The notes under the pieces: generated by a model
Database searches by the model: none
What the model was told of the DNA's origin: nothing
The model's input: only the letters and a program-made list of their open reading frames with translations
Assembly: GCF_009914755.1 (NCBI RefSeq)
Contig: NC_060940.1
DNA: 64,000 nucleotides
Direction: 5' to 3' (one strand)
Origin: the human T2T-CHM13v2.0 reference genome, Homo sapiens
Shown here: positions 13,316-27,495 of the stretch, piece after piece
Numbering within the stretch: position 1 is the first letter of the stretch
Layout: each line of letters begins with the position of its first letter
Position numbers and translations under genes: made by a program

Positions 13316-15188
13316 TTCCAATCTTTCTACCTTTTCTTGGCCAAATCTTTATGGAAAGCAGCTTTAATGTCTTGTAACCCTGGGACCTGTCTCTATGTTG
13401 GTCATTTGGTCTCAATGCTTATTGAACTGTTTACCACCCAAGATGTCTTGGTGTTTGCCTTAGAGAACTGAAATCAGAGTCCAACGTGGAATGGAAGCTG
13501 GATGTGATGTAGGGGCTGTTTAGCAAAGGAGTGACTTCCAGCAGTGGCTATGTACTTCTCGGGCTTGGGTCTGGGCACCCGAGTGAGTTACACCTTCCTC
13601 CTCTCACTCACTGCCCCTAATGGCTCATACATGGTTGCAAATCCAGCCTGTAGGTTTACAGGTGTCACCATGGCCGTGAAGCCCTTCTCAGTCAGGAACA
13701 AGATTTTACACCTCTTTCTTTCTCTCTGGCGAATGGAGGTATGGGTGGGTGTGGACAGAGGCTTGAACCACAGCTCCCATCCCAAATGAGCCAACACCCC
13801 TGTCTTGTCACCAGGCTTTAAAAAAAAATCTAAGTTGTGATTAATGGCATCTTGAGGTTCCCCTTGCAGAAATAAGGTCATGGTGAAGAATATGGCTGAT
13901 CTGAAACTCCGGTGAACTTCAAGGGCAGGAGCAGAATGATAATTATTCTGGTTTTGGCTCATCTTCCTTCTCTGTGGCCTGTGACTTCAAGGTCGGGGGC
14001 TGTCCCTGCCTCTCAGACTTCCTTTCATGCAAATCGCCCTGAGTGAGGGGTGAGGGGTAGCAACACCAGAAAAGGAAGCAAAGGAATGTAATGAACTCCA
14101 ACCTCCACGGACCTACTTTCTATTTTATAGGCAAGCCTCTAAGGGAGAGGTTTGGCCTTAGCTCCATCGTCACCCAAGCAAGGTCTTGCATATTTCCATA
14201 AAATCCCAAACCTAGAAGCAAGCTATGGAGACGAACCTGGTCCATTCATCTCTCAAGAAATGAATGCATTGGTTTCATTCCAGAAAGATCACAGCTCTGA
14301 AGGGCTTATGGGTTTTTTTGCAATCCTGTTTTTTTCATCCTGCATGCTTACGGGAATTCAAGTCTCCTAGCTACCTCTTCTCGGGGTGGGTGGAAGGAGG
14401 TGAAGGGCCTAGAAGATCAGGGAATAGGCAGCTTTGGGACAGAAGAGACAAAGGAAGCCCCTGAAAAGCAGATCCCTTCTGCATCTAGCTCCCACAGAAG
14501 GTACCCCTTTAAAAAAGCATCCTAGTGTATGAGTTCTATTGTGTGCTGGCCTGAGGGCTGCAGGGGGCTTTTTCTTTGCTGGCTTGAGACAGTGGGTGGC
14601 TGTGTGTGATATATTTCTTGAGAACCCAAAGTAGTAGCAAGGCTTGCAGTCAAGGAGATGTGGCCAAGGGCAGAGGAGCATGTGTGGAGTGGAGGAAGGA
14701 GAACAGATGAAAAGCTAGGAATCCTGCCTCCTTGAGGCACTCAACCCAGTCTTTGAACCATAGATTCCCCATCTGAAAGCAAGGAGCTGGAATCCATCAT
14801 CTCTCTGCTCCTCTGATTTATAGGCAGGATACCAAGGGAAAGATTTAGTCTTAGCCCCATCATTGCTTAGGTAGGGCTGGCTTGTTTCCAGTGATAATCC
14901 CAAATCTAGATGCAGTGACTTTCTGGCACAACCATCTCTCAGGAAGTAAATACACTGGTGACAGTAGGAAGGAGCAGGGTGGAGAAAGCTCCCACTGGCC
15001 CTGATTTGTGTGGGCTGAAGTCCAGGCTTGGAAGGCGATCTCTTCCTGGTGTAATTCACTGAGTGCGTCTAAGCAGTGTGGCTTGGGAGGTCACCATGCA
15101 CTGACCACAACCCTATACACAGACACAGACAGAGACACTCATACACACTCTATCCCTCTAATTTGTGAGTACAAAGACATGGCCAGAG

Positions 15189-15569
<381 letters not shown>

Positions 15570-17691
15570 TAGGAGAGTACACACCTCACAAGGCACATAA
15601 CCTCCATGGGTTACTACTAAATAAAATTTCCCAGCCTCCCAATGTATGTAAATACCCTTAAATCTCATAATACAAATAAGGCCATTTGGTGCAGCTGCAC
15701 AAATGCCCGGTAACCTTAGGCAAGTCATGTAAAACTTTCAGGATGGAATTCGTGTAGCTGCAAAATAAAGATGTTGAATTACCTGCTCTCCAAAATCCCT
15801 CTGTCCTCTGTAAGTATGCATGAGTAGACTGTGACAGCCTCTGGGTAATTCAAGCATTAAAATAATATCCACAACCCCTCAATTGCTTATTTTCTCTCTC
15901 AGATACAAGTCTGTTGATATTAATAAAGACTGTTGATATTGATGAAGAACTATCAATATCCATCTCTACTGCTAAGGAACCTAAGTTGTTCCAAACATGA
16001 TTTGGAGCATGTGATGTCTCTGAGGGATGTGACTTGAGACATCTATCCAGGTTTCTTCCTTGCTTAGTCAGCATTTTCTTTCAAATATGGTATAAAAGGT
16101 AGAATATGGAGCTTGGTGGCACCACCAGGGAGGTGATGAGGAAGAAGGTGCTGCCTGTAACAGTAGCAGAAGAAGTGAGAATCTCCCTGACCCCTCTGCC
16201 TCCCCTGCAGACTCCAACAGCAAAACAGGGGTCCACACAGGATATGGGATCCAAGAGGGATTTTTCTGCCTGTTGTGGCCTCCAAATTCTCCAAATAGGT
16301 CCGTTCACACAAACAAGGGTAGTTTGTTCTCCCAGCGACAGGTACGTGTGAGCCAATACTTGGGTGGGGGGATGTCAATGGGGGTAGAAGAAAACCTTTG
16401 CCTAGTGGGCAGCAGGCGGGGGCCCCCACCAGGGCGTCTCTGATGAAAACGTTCAGCTTGATGTGGCGTCTCTGGTTCCTCTGAACGCGCTCAGAGACAG
16501 AGGCGTTGAGCGGTGCTCTCTGTGTTTGAAGGTGTTTCTCTACAGCAAACACCAGGCGGAGAAGAGAAAAACCCAAACCACTTCAAGTGGATTCCGATTT
16601 TGAAAGCCACCACATGAAAAGTGCAGAGACCTAAGCCCCCTTTAGTACGAGCCCAAGAGTAACAGGCTCAGGCTGGGGCGGGTCGCCTGCTCCTGGGCTG
16701 CCAGCCCCCTGGAGGCCCTGTGCGTGTGACTCTACGGCCAAAGACATCAGTGGAGGGGGAGGTGGGAGCTTTCATCTCTGCACACCGACTTGCTCAGAAC
16801 TAGACCACAGCGCCGCTCCATGCGGATGCCCTAAGTAGGACAACTTTCATTTGTGACCACGTGGCCCCACCCATCTCTGAACTTCCTGAGGTTTGGCACA
16901 GACCTGGGAAGAGTTATGACCTTCAGAGAAGACCCTAAAGCACACCAAGAGCCGATACTCTGAGTTAAAGCCATTCATTCATTCATTTATCCATTCATTC
17001 ATTCTTTCCTCCCAACCATATTTTTTTAAACATCTCAACACAACTTCTCCTCACCACCCACAATTCGGTAACGAGAGGAGCACCCGATATTTTTCCCTGC
17101 TGTCCTCCACGTTGACCTGATTCCTTTGGTCTTGGCACCTGTTTGCCAACTCCTAACAATTGGCTTTTGCTTGATTGACCCCCTTGCCAAAGCCTGATCC
17201 AAGACCCTAAACTTAGAAGAGTTTATTTTGCCTCTCCTCTTCTGCATTTCATGTAATCCAAAATGTGTCTAAATTCTAAATTATAAAATACAGAAGTAAG
17301 AAGTATGTTAAAATGACATTGTGCTGAAGTTATTGATAATACAATGTGGGAAAATTCACCAAAGTTGGAATTCTTGTTTTGCTCTGCGGTGTCCTTGTTT
17401 TGCTGGGGCCCTAAGATACATTTAGTCAGACCTTCAGGGAATCCCCCACGACTGTCTGCTCCCTGATCCCTGCTTTCAACCCCTAGGGAACCTCCTCTGG
17501 CCCCAACCCCGGCTGAGGCACAATGCAACCCACCAGCTTCTGCAGTGGTCAGAGCATTTATCTAATCTCTGGGCTCAGACAGTGCAGGGAAAGAGAAGTT
17601 CCATGACTCGAAAAGGGCATTTAAAGTGGACGTTAGACTTTTCATTGCTGCCATGTGAACCTATGCTCCCTTTTATCCTGATGAGTGAAAC

Positions 17692-18189
17692 GTCCATTTG
17701 CTGCTGTAACAAATTACCACAAACTTGGTGGCTTAAATCAACATAAATTTATGTTTCAGTTCTAGAAGTCAGATGCACAAATAGGTCTCACTGGGCTAAA
17801 ATCAAGGTGTCTGCCAGGCTGTGTTCCTTCTGGAGGCTGTGGGGGAGAATCTGTTTTCTTGCCTTTTCCAGCTTCTAGAGGCTGCAACATTCTTTGGCTT
17901 TTGGCTCCTTCCTCTGTCTTCAAAGCCAGCAATGGCAGGTGAAGCTCTTCTCATCCTGTTTCACTCTGACCTCTTCTGCCTCCTCCCACTGTAAAGAACT
18001 CTTGTGAATAATTATGCCCACCCAGATAGTCCAGGGTATTGTCCTTATTTTAACGTCAGCTGATTAGCAAATTTAATTCCATCTGTATCTTTAATTTCCC
18101 CTTGCAATTCCCATGTAATATAGCATATTCACAGGTTCTAGGGATTGGGACACGGATATCTTTGAGGGACTAGTATTCTGTCTGCCATA
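17692..18189 (-). mobile_element. MLT1D-like solo LTR
   Basis: 'gctgtaacaaattaccacaaacttggtggcttaaa' through 'gctgattagcaaatttaattccatctg...ttctgtctgccata'. Confidence 0.85.
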
Positions 18190-18221
18190 GCTGGAGGTCT
18201 GCAGAATCAGCTGGGTTCTAG

Positions 18222-18573
<352 letters not shown>

Positions 18574-18609
18574 TAAAGCTGTGGCTTTATGGCTCACAAA
18601 GATCCATAA

Positions 18610-18775
18610 ACCCGTGCTCACTCGGACACTAGTCAAAAATGCAGATGTCTGGTTTACCAGCTGAGATTCAGGTTGCGCAATTCCAGGAGAGGCCCAGCCA
18701 TTTGCATTTTAACAAGCTCCCCAAGGGGACCCCAATGCAAATGCACTAGGAGCTGCACCCTGGAGACTCTGGTGT
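18610..18775. mobile_element. MER5 (hAT-Charlie) fragment
   Basis: 'aaaaatgcagat...atttgcattttaacaagctcccca'. Confidence 0.6.
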
Positions 18776-19354
18776 CCAGGGAGCACTGACAGCACATGAA
18801 CTTTCGGGTCCTCAGTCCACCTCTAAGTACAAAGTCTAGTCACTGAGAACAGAAGAAAGGACCCTACTGTATAGCCCGGCAGTTAGTGCACTCCATAGTC
18901 CAGGCTTTTGTGGATTGATTCTGGAGCCCAGGGAGATGGGGTTCAGGGGGTTGAGCTTAAGCTGCAAAGAATGGTCTTTGTACCATCAGCAGTCCTACCC
19001 TCTGCCAAGTCAGGGCAGTCAGGAGGACTATCCCCTTGTAAGACTCAGTGCAAGGGGTCAAGGCTGTGAGTCATCATTCTATGGTGAGGGGCTTCATTTT
19101 GATTGAACATATTCTAGACAGTCCAACATGGTATAGAGGAAAGGATAAGGACTTTGGCATCCAGTTAGGATTCAATTCAAGTTCAGGGATGAGTAGCTGT
19201 GTGATTTTGTGTATGTTGCCTAAACTCTCTGAGCTATAACATAAAGACTATTGCATGGTAGTGACCTTAACTGAGATATGTATATGTTGAGTTTCTGATA
19301 TACAGAATGGACAAAATAAAAGCCTTCCTCTCTACATCTAAAAAGAGTAATAGA

Positions 19355-19634
19355 GGCCGGGTGCGGTGGCTCAGGCCTGTAATCCCAGCACTTTGGGAGG
19401 CTGAGGCAGGTGGATCACTTGAGATCAGGAGTCTGAGACCAGCTTGGCCAACATGGTGAAATCTTGTCTCTACTAAAAATACCCAAATTAGCTGGGTGTG
19501 GTGGTGCACGCTTGTAATCCTAGCTATTCAGGAGGCTGAGGCAGAAGAATCACTTGAACTCAGGGAGGTTGCAGTGAGATTTTGCCATTGCACTCCAGCC
19601 TGGGCGACAGAGCAAGAATCCATCTCCAAAAAAA
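19355..19634 (+). mobile_element. Alu (AluSx/Sz-like)
   Basis: GGCCGGGTGCGGTGGCTCA start, both arms, short A tail. Confidence 0.96.
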
Positions 19635-19644
19635 GAGAATAATA

Positions 19645-19865
19645 GTTAACTATTTATTGAGAAGTTGCATGTTTGTTACTCTGCTAAACTCCTGTTGTTC
19701 ATTATTCATTGAATACTCACAACTCTTAAAATGGAAGTAATTTCACAGGACTGACTTCATAAAGATGAGAAAACAGAGACACGAGCAAGGAAAGTCACTT
19801 GCTCAGACTCAAAGACCTAATGATGAGATGGGATCTGAACTCAGAGGCTAAGTCAGAGTGTAGTC
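19645..19865 (-). mobile_element. MIR
   Basis: 'aactatttattgag...aaagatgagaaaacagag...gtcacttgctcag...ggatctgaactcag'. Confidence 0.65.
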
Positions 19866-20140
19866 TCTTCAGCAGATTGTCTTGGACAATGCAGATTTTA
19901 AACATTCTGTCCCATTGTCAGTCATGGCTACTTTTTAATTTGGAATACATGCTGCTTTTTTTATTTGGAAAATATGGTCAATGAACAGACAAAACTTACA
20001 GCCTCATGATGTTTTACTTCCATTTTTGTTGAGGGGAAAGGCAAGAGGAGAACCATAGTGAAGTATCTCTTCTGTGCAAAAATGGAAAGGAAGTTCATTG
20101 GAAACCATGTATTGATTGAAAAATGATTTGAAACAGGCCA

Positions 20141-20506
<366 letters not shown>

Positions 20507-21017
20507 CTATCTGAACAGTGTGCATTTTGAGGCTTTTTATGTAGCAGGCCCCTGACCCTTTAGACTGGTCTAAATAAATGTTTGCAGCAGGCCTTCTTGG
20601 GACTCGGGGTCCCCAGCACAGATTTGTCATCCAAGAAAGGAGGGTTGTGAAAGGAGTTAATGTTTACCCAGCGTTCTGTGGCCACCATTTTTCTGTCTTT
20701 CTGTCTCTTGAAACATTTCCTTAGGGACACGTCTCCATTACACAAGCTGGAAGGAGCTTGGGAAAGCATCAAAAAGCACAAATGTGTGTGAAACATAAAA
20801 GAAACTTTTAAAATTTGGGTGGAAACCAAACCAGGCTGAGATGGGTATTGCAAGTGAAGGGCTGGGTTAGGACTGAGCAACTTTGACATCACCCATCAGT
20901 GCCAGAGGTCACTGCACTGGGATCGGAGTGCAGGAGCCACATCTTGTGCTCTGAGAAAGGATGGTCATGGTGGTGATGGTGATGACGACATTGATGATGA
21001 AAAGGATAAAGCTTCCC

Positions 21018-21614
21018 TGTTCATTTCCTGGGATTGCCTAACAAATGACCATAAAACGCATGGCCTAGAACAACAGAAATTCATTCTCCCCACAGTTCTG
21101 GAGGCCAGAAGTCTAAAATCGAGGTGTCGGCAGGGCTGCGCTTCCTTTCAAGGCTCCAGGGGAGGATCCTTCTCTGCCTCTTCCCATGTCTGGTGGCGGC
21201 GGGCAATCCTTGACGTACTCTGGCTTCTGGCTGTGTCACTCCAATCTCTGTTCTCATTTCTCATGGTGTTTTCTCTTCTGTGTGCCTGTGTATCTAAATC
21301 TCTCTTTTTTAATTTTGATTTTTATTGTTTTTTGAGTCCGGTCTCACTCTGTGCCCCAGGCTGGAGAGCAGTGGTGCAATCATGGCTCACTGTAACCTCA
21401 AACTACTGGGTTCAAGCGATCCTCCTGCCTCAGCCTCCCAAAATGCTCCTTAGGCAGACGCCAGTAATTGAATCTAGGACATGCGCAGTTCGGTGTAACC
21501 TCATCTTAACCCGATTACATCTGCAAAGACCGCATTTCCAAAGGAATTCGCATACAGGGGTACCAGGAGCTAGGACCTCAGTATGACTTTTGGGGGGTGC
21601 CCATTCCACCCACA
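21018..21614 (-). mobile_element. MLT1B/C-like solo LTR interrupted by an Alu monomer
   Basis: 'cacagttctggaggccagaagtctaaaatcgaggtgtcggcaggg' and 'gattacatctgcaaagacc...ttccacccacaa'. Confidence 0.85.
21305..21448 (-). mobile_element. FRAM/AluJ right-monomer fragment nested in MLT1
   Basis: T-rich tail plus single right arm ending 'cagcctcccaaaatgct'. Confidence 0.85.
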
Positions 21615-21689
21615 AAAGTTTCTAATCATGTTTGACATTTATGGAGCTATGACTTTGTTACAGGACTGTAGCAGGCACTTTGCAATGCC

Positions 21690-21768
21690 TGGGTCAACCC
21701 ATATGGAATTGCTGCATCTGTAGGCTATAAATTGTTGAATATCACCAATTTCATATGCTAAACTTCAT
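21690..21768. mobile_element. MADE2-like mariner MITE inside a MIR
   Basis: ~80-bp imperfect palindrome 'ccatatggaattg...caatttcatatg' resembling MADE2. Confidence 0.7.
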
Positions 21769-21856
21769 ATTATCTCATTTACCTCTCTGAGATTAGTACT
21801 ATTATTACTATTATTATCTCATTTAACTCTCTGAGATTAGTACTATTAGTACTATT
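21768..21856. repeat. 44-bp tandem duplication (2 copies, 2 mismatches)
   Basis: TATTATCTCATTTA(C/A)CTCTCTGAGATTAGTACTATTA(T/G)TACTAT twice. Confidence 0.95.
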
Positions 21857-22144
21857 GTATCTGCTAACAGAGGAGAAAAAGAGCCACCTACATTTGTCAG
21901 GGAGATGAAGTAGTGGATGGCTTTAGGAATTGTACAGACACTAGTCAAACTATCCCTTCCTCTCTATGTGACCAGGAGGGAGTTACCTAATCCCCCTGAG
22001 CTTCTATGTGTCTGTTTATAAAATTTGAGACCACTTTTCTGTAATAACGCCTGTGTGTATAAATACGACAATTGCCCAAGCCAATAATTTGGAAGTGAGG
22101 AGAAGCATCTCACAAGGTGTCTGGTCTTTAGGAGGCATTATATC

Positions 22145-22357
22145 TGTGCCTCCTAAAGTGTGATCTGGGGAACACTACACTTGGGAATTGGCTGGGAGTT
22201 GACTGGGGGTGGGGCACATCTGTTAAGAATGCAGGTTCCTAGGATCTGCCCAGCGCTACTAATTTGACATCTCTCTAAGGGAAGGCCTGGAAAAGTGCAT
22301 TTTAATTGGTGCCCCTGGGGTAATGCCTGCGATTGCAAACATTATAAAACTGTACTA
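22145..22357. mobile_element. MER5A-like hAT fragment
   Basis: 'ctaaagtgtgatct...tgttaagaatgcaggttcctagg...gcctggaaaagtgcattttaa'. Confidence 0.6.
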
Positions 22358-23299
22358 AGTGAATACAAGTTTGCTTCTTTCCTTTCAACAGGACACAGCT
22401 GTCTAATTAGGACTAGATTGAGTCGTCCAGGTACCTGCCCCCTGCAAGTTCAGAGACAGTCTTGGGAAATGGGAGACCAGCTGACAGCCATCCTTTGCCC
22501 AAAAAGGGCAGGTTAGATGGCAACCGTTCAAGGGGAAAGTGAATCTTTAGCAAAATCTTTAGTTGCATGTTCCTGACTTTTCCATTACTTGGATGAAAAT
22601 AAATACCATGCTTAAAAACTACAGGTTTAAAAATCAATGCCATCTTTCTTCTGGAAGCGAAATCCCTGTGACTTGCCAGGACAGAGAGGAAAAAGAAACA
22701 AACAAGGTCTCTTCCCAAGATTTTTGTTTTCCCTCCTGCAAATCCTCCGGCTTGCTTTTCCATCAACTTGTTCTCTCACCTAAGAACCATTTTCTCTCTT
22801 GTGTACAGAACGAAGAGGCCCTTGACTTTCAAAGTGAGCTTTTGGAAGGAAGATGCCTGCTTGAAGTATTGCTTTTTCCGTGTCTGTGTCTGAAAGCGCA
22901 AGAGCTGTTTCTAGCCTCCTTGAGTGCCGGGTTTGGGGTTTCGTGGGTAGAAGGCACTAGCAGTTTCAGAAACCAAGCCTTGCTCTCGGTGTGATTTGCG
23001 TAGTCAGGAAGCCTGTCGAGCTACCCAAACAGGGACCCGCCCTGACAGGGGGACAGGAGATGGCTCCCTGCCTTCCTGCCTGCTGGCCCCCAAGTGTCTG
23101 CCCCTTCTGCTGACACTGGATCTTCGGGGCAAAGGCACAGCCTACTGAACACGTCTATTAATGTGAAAGTAGGTGGTGTACCAGGTTCCTGGGGAATGGG
23201 GCCATGGAAAAGTTGTAGGCTGGAGGAGGAGGAATTCAGAATTTGGAAACTTGCTATACCCCTCAAATATATGTATACAGGATACAGCATGCTTCCTAT

Positions 23300-23650
23300 T
23301 TTCTGGGGGAATATGCTAAAGATTCTGAATATATTTTATCATTCAATTCTCACCTCCAGCTGCTCCGGAGGTAGCCCTGTCATCAACATTTTATAGAAAG
23401 GAACCAGTGGCTTCAGGAATCAGATGACTTCTCTAAGGTCACGCACATAGGAAATGGTAGAATGCTGCTTCTTCCCTCTCCACCCCCTCATTCTCACCCC
23501 GATCCATGCATGTGGGGTCCTAGTCAGCTCTCCATTGTTTCTGGCTGGGTCACTGTGACCTCCTTGAGCTTCACTGTCCTCTTTTGGAAAGTGGGAATGA
23601 CAGCAATACCAGCCTAGGGTGAAGAGAAAATGGGGCTGAAAGTTACAAGG
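23300..23650. mobile_element. Two MIR fragments (minus then plus)
   Basis: 'cattttatagaaaggaaccag...gacttctctaaggtcac' and 'ccttgagcttcactgtcctcttttggaaagtgggaatgac'. Confidence 0.55.
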
Positions 23651-24569
23651 AGGTTTCACTTCTATTAAGGGACACGTAAAGGTTAGTGGCTCTGAGTTTC
23701 ATTCTGTTCCATGAACGCACACTCCATGGACTTGCTTTCTGAGTAGCTGTGGGGAATGGGACCTGGGGAAGAGGCTGAAGCGGGGAGCACAGGCCAGGAC
23801 AGAACAGAGATGCCCACTGCAGGTGGATCCTGGGCTGCAGGATGACGAAGCTGGAGAGAGGGACATTCAAGCACTGACCCCTCACCCCTGCAAGTGGCTC
23901 AGATCTGACTGTACTAAAGTGTGAACCCCCAGAGGGCAAGGACCGTGGCCAGTTCCTCTCCTAATGGCATATGTTGCCTCGCGCAGGGGTTCTCTTACAC
24001 TTTGACCTCCAAGCCTGGGATTCATTCGAGCAGAGCTGCTGCTGCTTCTTTTTTTTTCTTTTATATATTTTTTTAACAACCTGCTTATTGTTTTTAAAAT
24101 AACTCTCCCAGAGCTTTGGCAGAGCACTAGATGATTTGGGGAAAGTCCAGCCTATTCTTCATAAAAAGGCAATCTAAATTACACTGATTTGGAAAATGTT
24201 ATAAATACGGGGCTCGCCCGGGACACAGTTTGTGGGCAATGGAAGTGTTCTCGATGCTTTGATGTGAAGCATGGTTTCTGCTGCCCCTGTCACAGGCTCC
24301 AAAGCAGAGTGATTCTTCTGATGATGATGTGAGGCCACAGCAGGTAAGGAAACAGGAAGACCATCAGCTCGATAAGCTGCCCTATTAACCAGAAGTGATT
24401 TTCAGCTCTCTTTAAGAAGGGAAAAAATTACATTTAGGAAAATCCAGAAAAGGTTAAGCCAGTTGCACGTGTTGGTTAACCGGGCTTGCAGCAGAAGTCA
24501 CTCTATAATTGGGACTTTTTTGATAAATCCAGTTTTGTGTAAATGCCGGGAGAAGAGAGGTCTGGGGCA

Positions 24570-24790
24570 GACTCACCTCAACATTTGTGGGGACTGGATC
24601 AAGAGTCCAGCTGCAGTCTAAGTTTTGAAAAGGGCAAATCCAACTAAGAAACTATTAAAACATAACCTCTATCCTCCTATTTTGGCAAATACATGTTCGC
24701 AACTATTTGAAGGCCAGGTTCAAATTTAAAAGTTTTAGAACCCCTGGGATTCTGCAACAAAACCTGTATGCACAGGCCAGCTTGGGGGGC
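24570..24790. mobile_element. Probable old hAT-Tip100 (MER115/Zaphod-like) fragment
   Basis: 'ctatcctcctattttggcaaatac...gaaggccaggttcaaatttaaaag' recalled similarity only. Confidence 0.35.
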
Positions 24791-24939
24791 CACCACCTAA
24801 ACTCATTCTTCCACCATGAGGGATCACTTGCATATGTGTCTTTTGAGTTTCCTAGGGCTGCTTGAAGCAAGGACCAAGAACTGGAAGGCTTAAAATAGAT
24901 ATTTCTTCTCTCTGGGGTGCTGCAGTGCTATTCACACTC

Positions 24940-25111
24940 CAGGGCCCCTGTGGGCTCAGGGTGATGCTAGACTTCAGCTGAACCCACATCTCCATCCACT
25001 GTCTTGTCCAGCCCCTGCATTACTAGCTCCTATCCTGGCTTCCCTGTCACTACACTGCTCACCAGGAATCACTCTCTCCCATTGTACTCCTCAGGAACTG
25101 CACCTAAGACA
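24940..25111 (+). mobile_element. LTR16-like (ERVL) fragment
   Basis: 'gacttcagctgaacccacatc...cctatcctggcttccct...acctaagaca' terminus. Confidence 0.45.
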
Positions 25112-25803
25112 GCGTGGGAACATTTTAAAGGACTCTGATGCGGATTCCTTATTGAGTATGAATTGACTCTGAAGATTTAGTTTCCCTCTTCCTTGATCCA
25201 TTGTCAAAGCAGTCTAGTGATTGCCACCCCCGACCCTGAGAAAGGAGTGTCTCCCAGATCAGAATGGGAGGGGAAGAAGCAAAGATAAAGGCAGGTGAAA
25301 AAGCAGCAAGAGACAGGGAGAAAAAGAGACAGAAGAAAAAAGAGCAGAGAGGAAGAGGAAGAAGAGACGAAGACAAATAGAGGATGAATGATTATCCAGA
25401 GGCTACCAGAGGGAAGAAGTAGAAGATAGGAGGTTGGACGGAAGATGTGCACATACCTTTTCTTGTTTTTGCACATACATTTAACCAATAGTTTCAATAT
25501 GAAAAAAAAAAAAAAGGACATGGAGGGTAATGAGCAAAGGGTATTAGGTAAATGCTCCAGCTAATCCCAAAGTCTAGGGGGATGATCGTGAAAGATGAAA
25601 GAAAGCCTCTAAAAAGAGTTAGAAAATACAATCTATGGTTTAATAAAAGAAGTCAGAGGTCATAACAAATAAAAAAGAGAGCCATAGGGTACTTAATACC
25701 AAATATTTAAGGTGAGCCTTGCTTTAAGCAAGTGAGCTGTATTCCTGAAAAAAGGTTTGTAATTCAGTTGTTTGTATATGAAATCCCATCTCAAGCACCT
25801 TGA

Positions 25804-26090
<287 letters not shown>

Positions 26091-26298
26091 CATCGGAAAA
26101 TCCATTACAATCCTTTACGCCTACAGCACACACTCTCCCCTAAACTCCTGTATTAATTGTAGAACCCTGCATTTCTGTGTGTGGCTAGCAAGGACCACAA
26201 TGAGGATACTGATCTGCAATCTCACCCCAGGATAGTTTGATATGGAACAATCCAACAGGAGTCCTGGTGTCTGGGTCCTGAAGGTAAGAGTTAAAAAA

Positions 26299-26435
26299 GG
26301 CCGGGTGCAGTGGCTCATGCCTGTAATACCATCACTATGGGAGGCCGAGGCTGTTGGATCACGAGGTCAGGAGTTCGAGACCAGCCTGGACAAGATGGTG
26401 AAACCCCGTCTCTACTAAAAATACAAAAATTAGCC
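26299..26435 (+). mobile_element. Alu left arm only (AluSg-like), right arm absent
   Basis: Runs from GGCCGGGTGC through the linker to 'aaaattagcc', then unrelated sequence. Confidence 0.93.
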
Positions 26436-27311
26436 TAGTGCCATGAGTTCTAGAAATGCCAATTAGGAAGCCAAAAGTCTGTCTAAACTGGGGACACCCG
26501 TGGTTTCAAAGTGGAATGGAGACTCGGAGTGGTATTTTGTAAATATCCATGGCCCAGGCATTAAGGAAGCCACCCCAAGTTCCCTGGGAGAGGAGATTAT
26601 AAAACTGTTAGGAGGTTGGTGGATCAATTTCTCTTTTAACTTTGTGATCATAAAAACAGCAGAACCAGAATAACCACTGATGTAGCATCAGTGATGTGAG
26701 CACTAGGGTATCCCTCCTCTAAAAGGAAAATATTAATGGTGTCACCAAAGAGTGGGAGCCTGAATCTTTAAGGTGATCTGAATCTTTAAGTGACAGAAGT
26801 CCTGCAACTTGGAGTCCCAGGAATACTTATAACTGGCCCCACAGTCACCGCTTCCCCAAAGGCTACGGTAACAGAATGAACTCAACTCTCTTTAGCCAAA
26901 GAAGACCTTTTAGGTTAGGAAGGTGCAAATTCTCAAATTACTCAGTATCAGTTTGTCATATGATCTCTCCAATCAAAACTGTAAGTAGATCTCTTTACTT
27001 TCTCTTTAGTTTAATAAATAGCATTGGCAGGTGGTTTCATCTGGGGGTTTAATATTCTCCCTTGAACAGTATTTTATCGCCTGAGGAGAATGATTTTGGG
27101 TGCAGAACTACAAAGCTAGTCTCAGGGTGGACTGTGGGCTGTCAGCTAAACCCATTCATTAATCCAAAGGGTCCTATTTGCTTATGAGTTTCATCGAAGG
27201 CATGTTTCAAACCCATGAAGCAGCAAAAATGACAAGTTAGGAAGTCATAAAGCTTTGGGTTACTCACAAATAGTCAAAACCACAAATGTCAAACCTGCAC
27301 CTGCCAAGGGT

Positions 27312-27495
27312 CTATTGTACCAGATTCTGAGCTCCTTGAGGGTGGGGAATAGGGAATGTTTCTGATTCATCTTTGTATCTCTGGTAACTGCAACCAGCAC
27401 AGTACCAGGCATTGTGAATGTCCTTCACATATTTATGGCGTGAGTGGATAGATGGACGGATGAATGGATGGATGGATGAATGGATGAATGGATAG
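27312..27495 (+). mobile_element. L2 3' end with (TGGA)n tail
   Basis: 'tgagctccttgagggtgggga...cagcacagtaccaggcat' then TGGA/TGAA repeats. Confidence 0.75.

Noticed and set aside
16064-16576. 170-aa minus-strand ORF
   Set aside because: Non-ATG start, no recognisable domain, length within chance range
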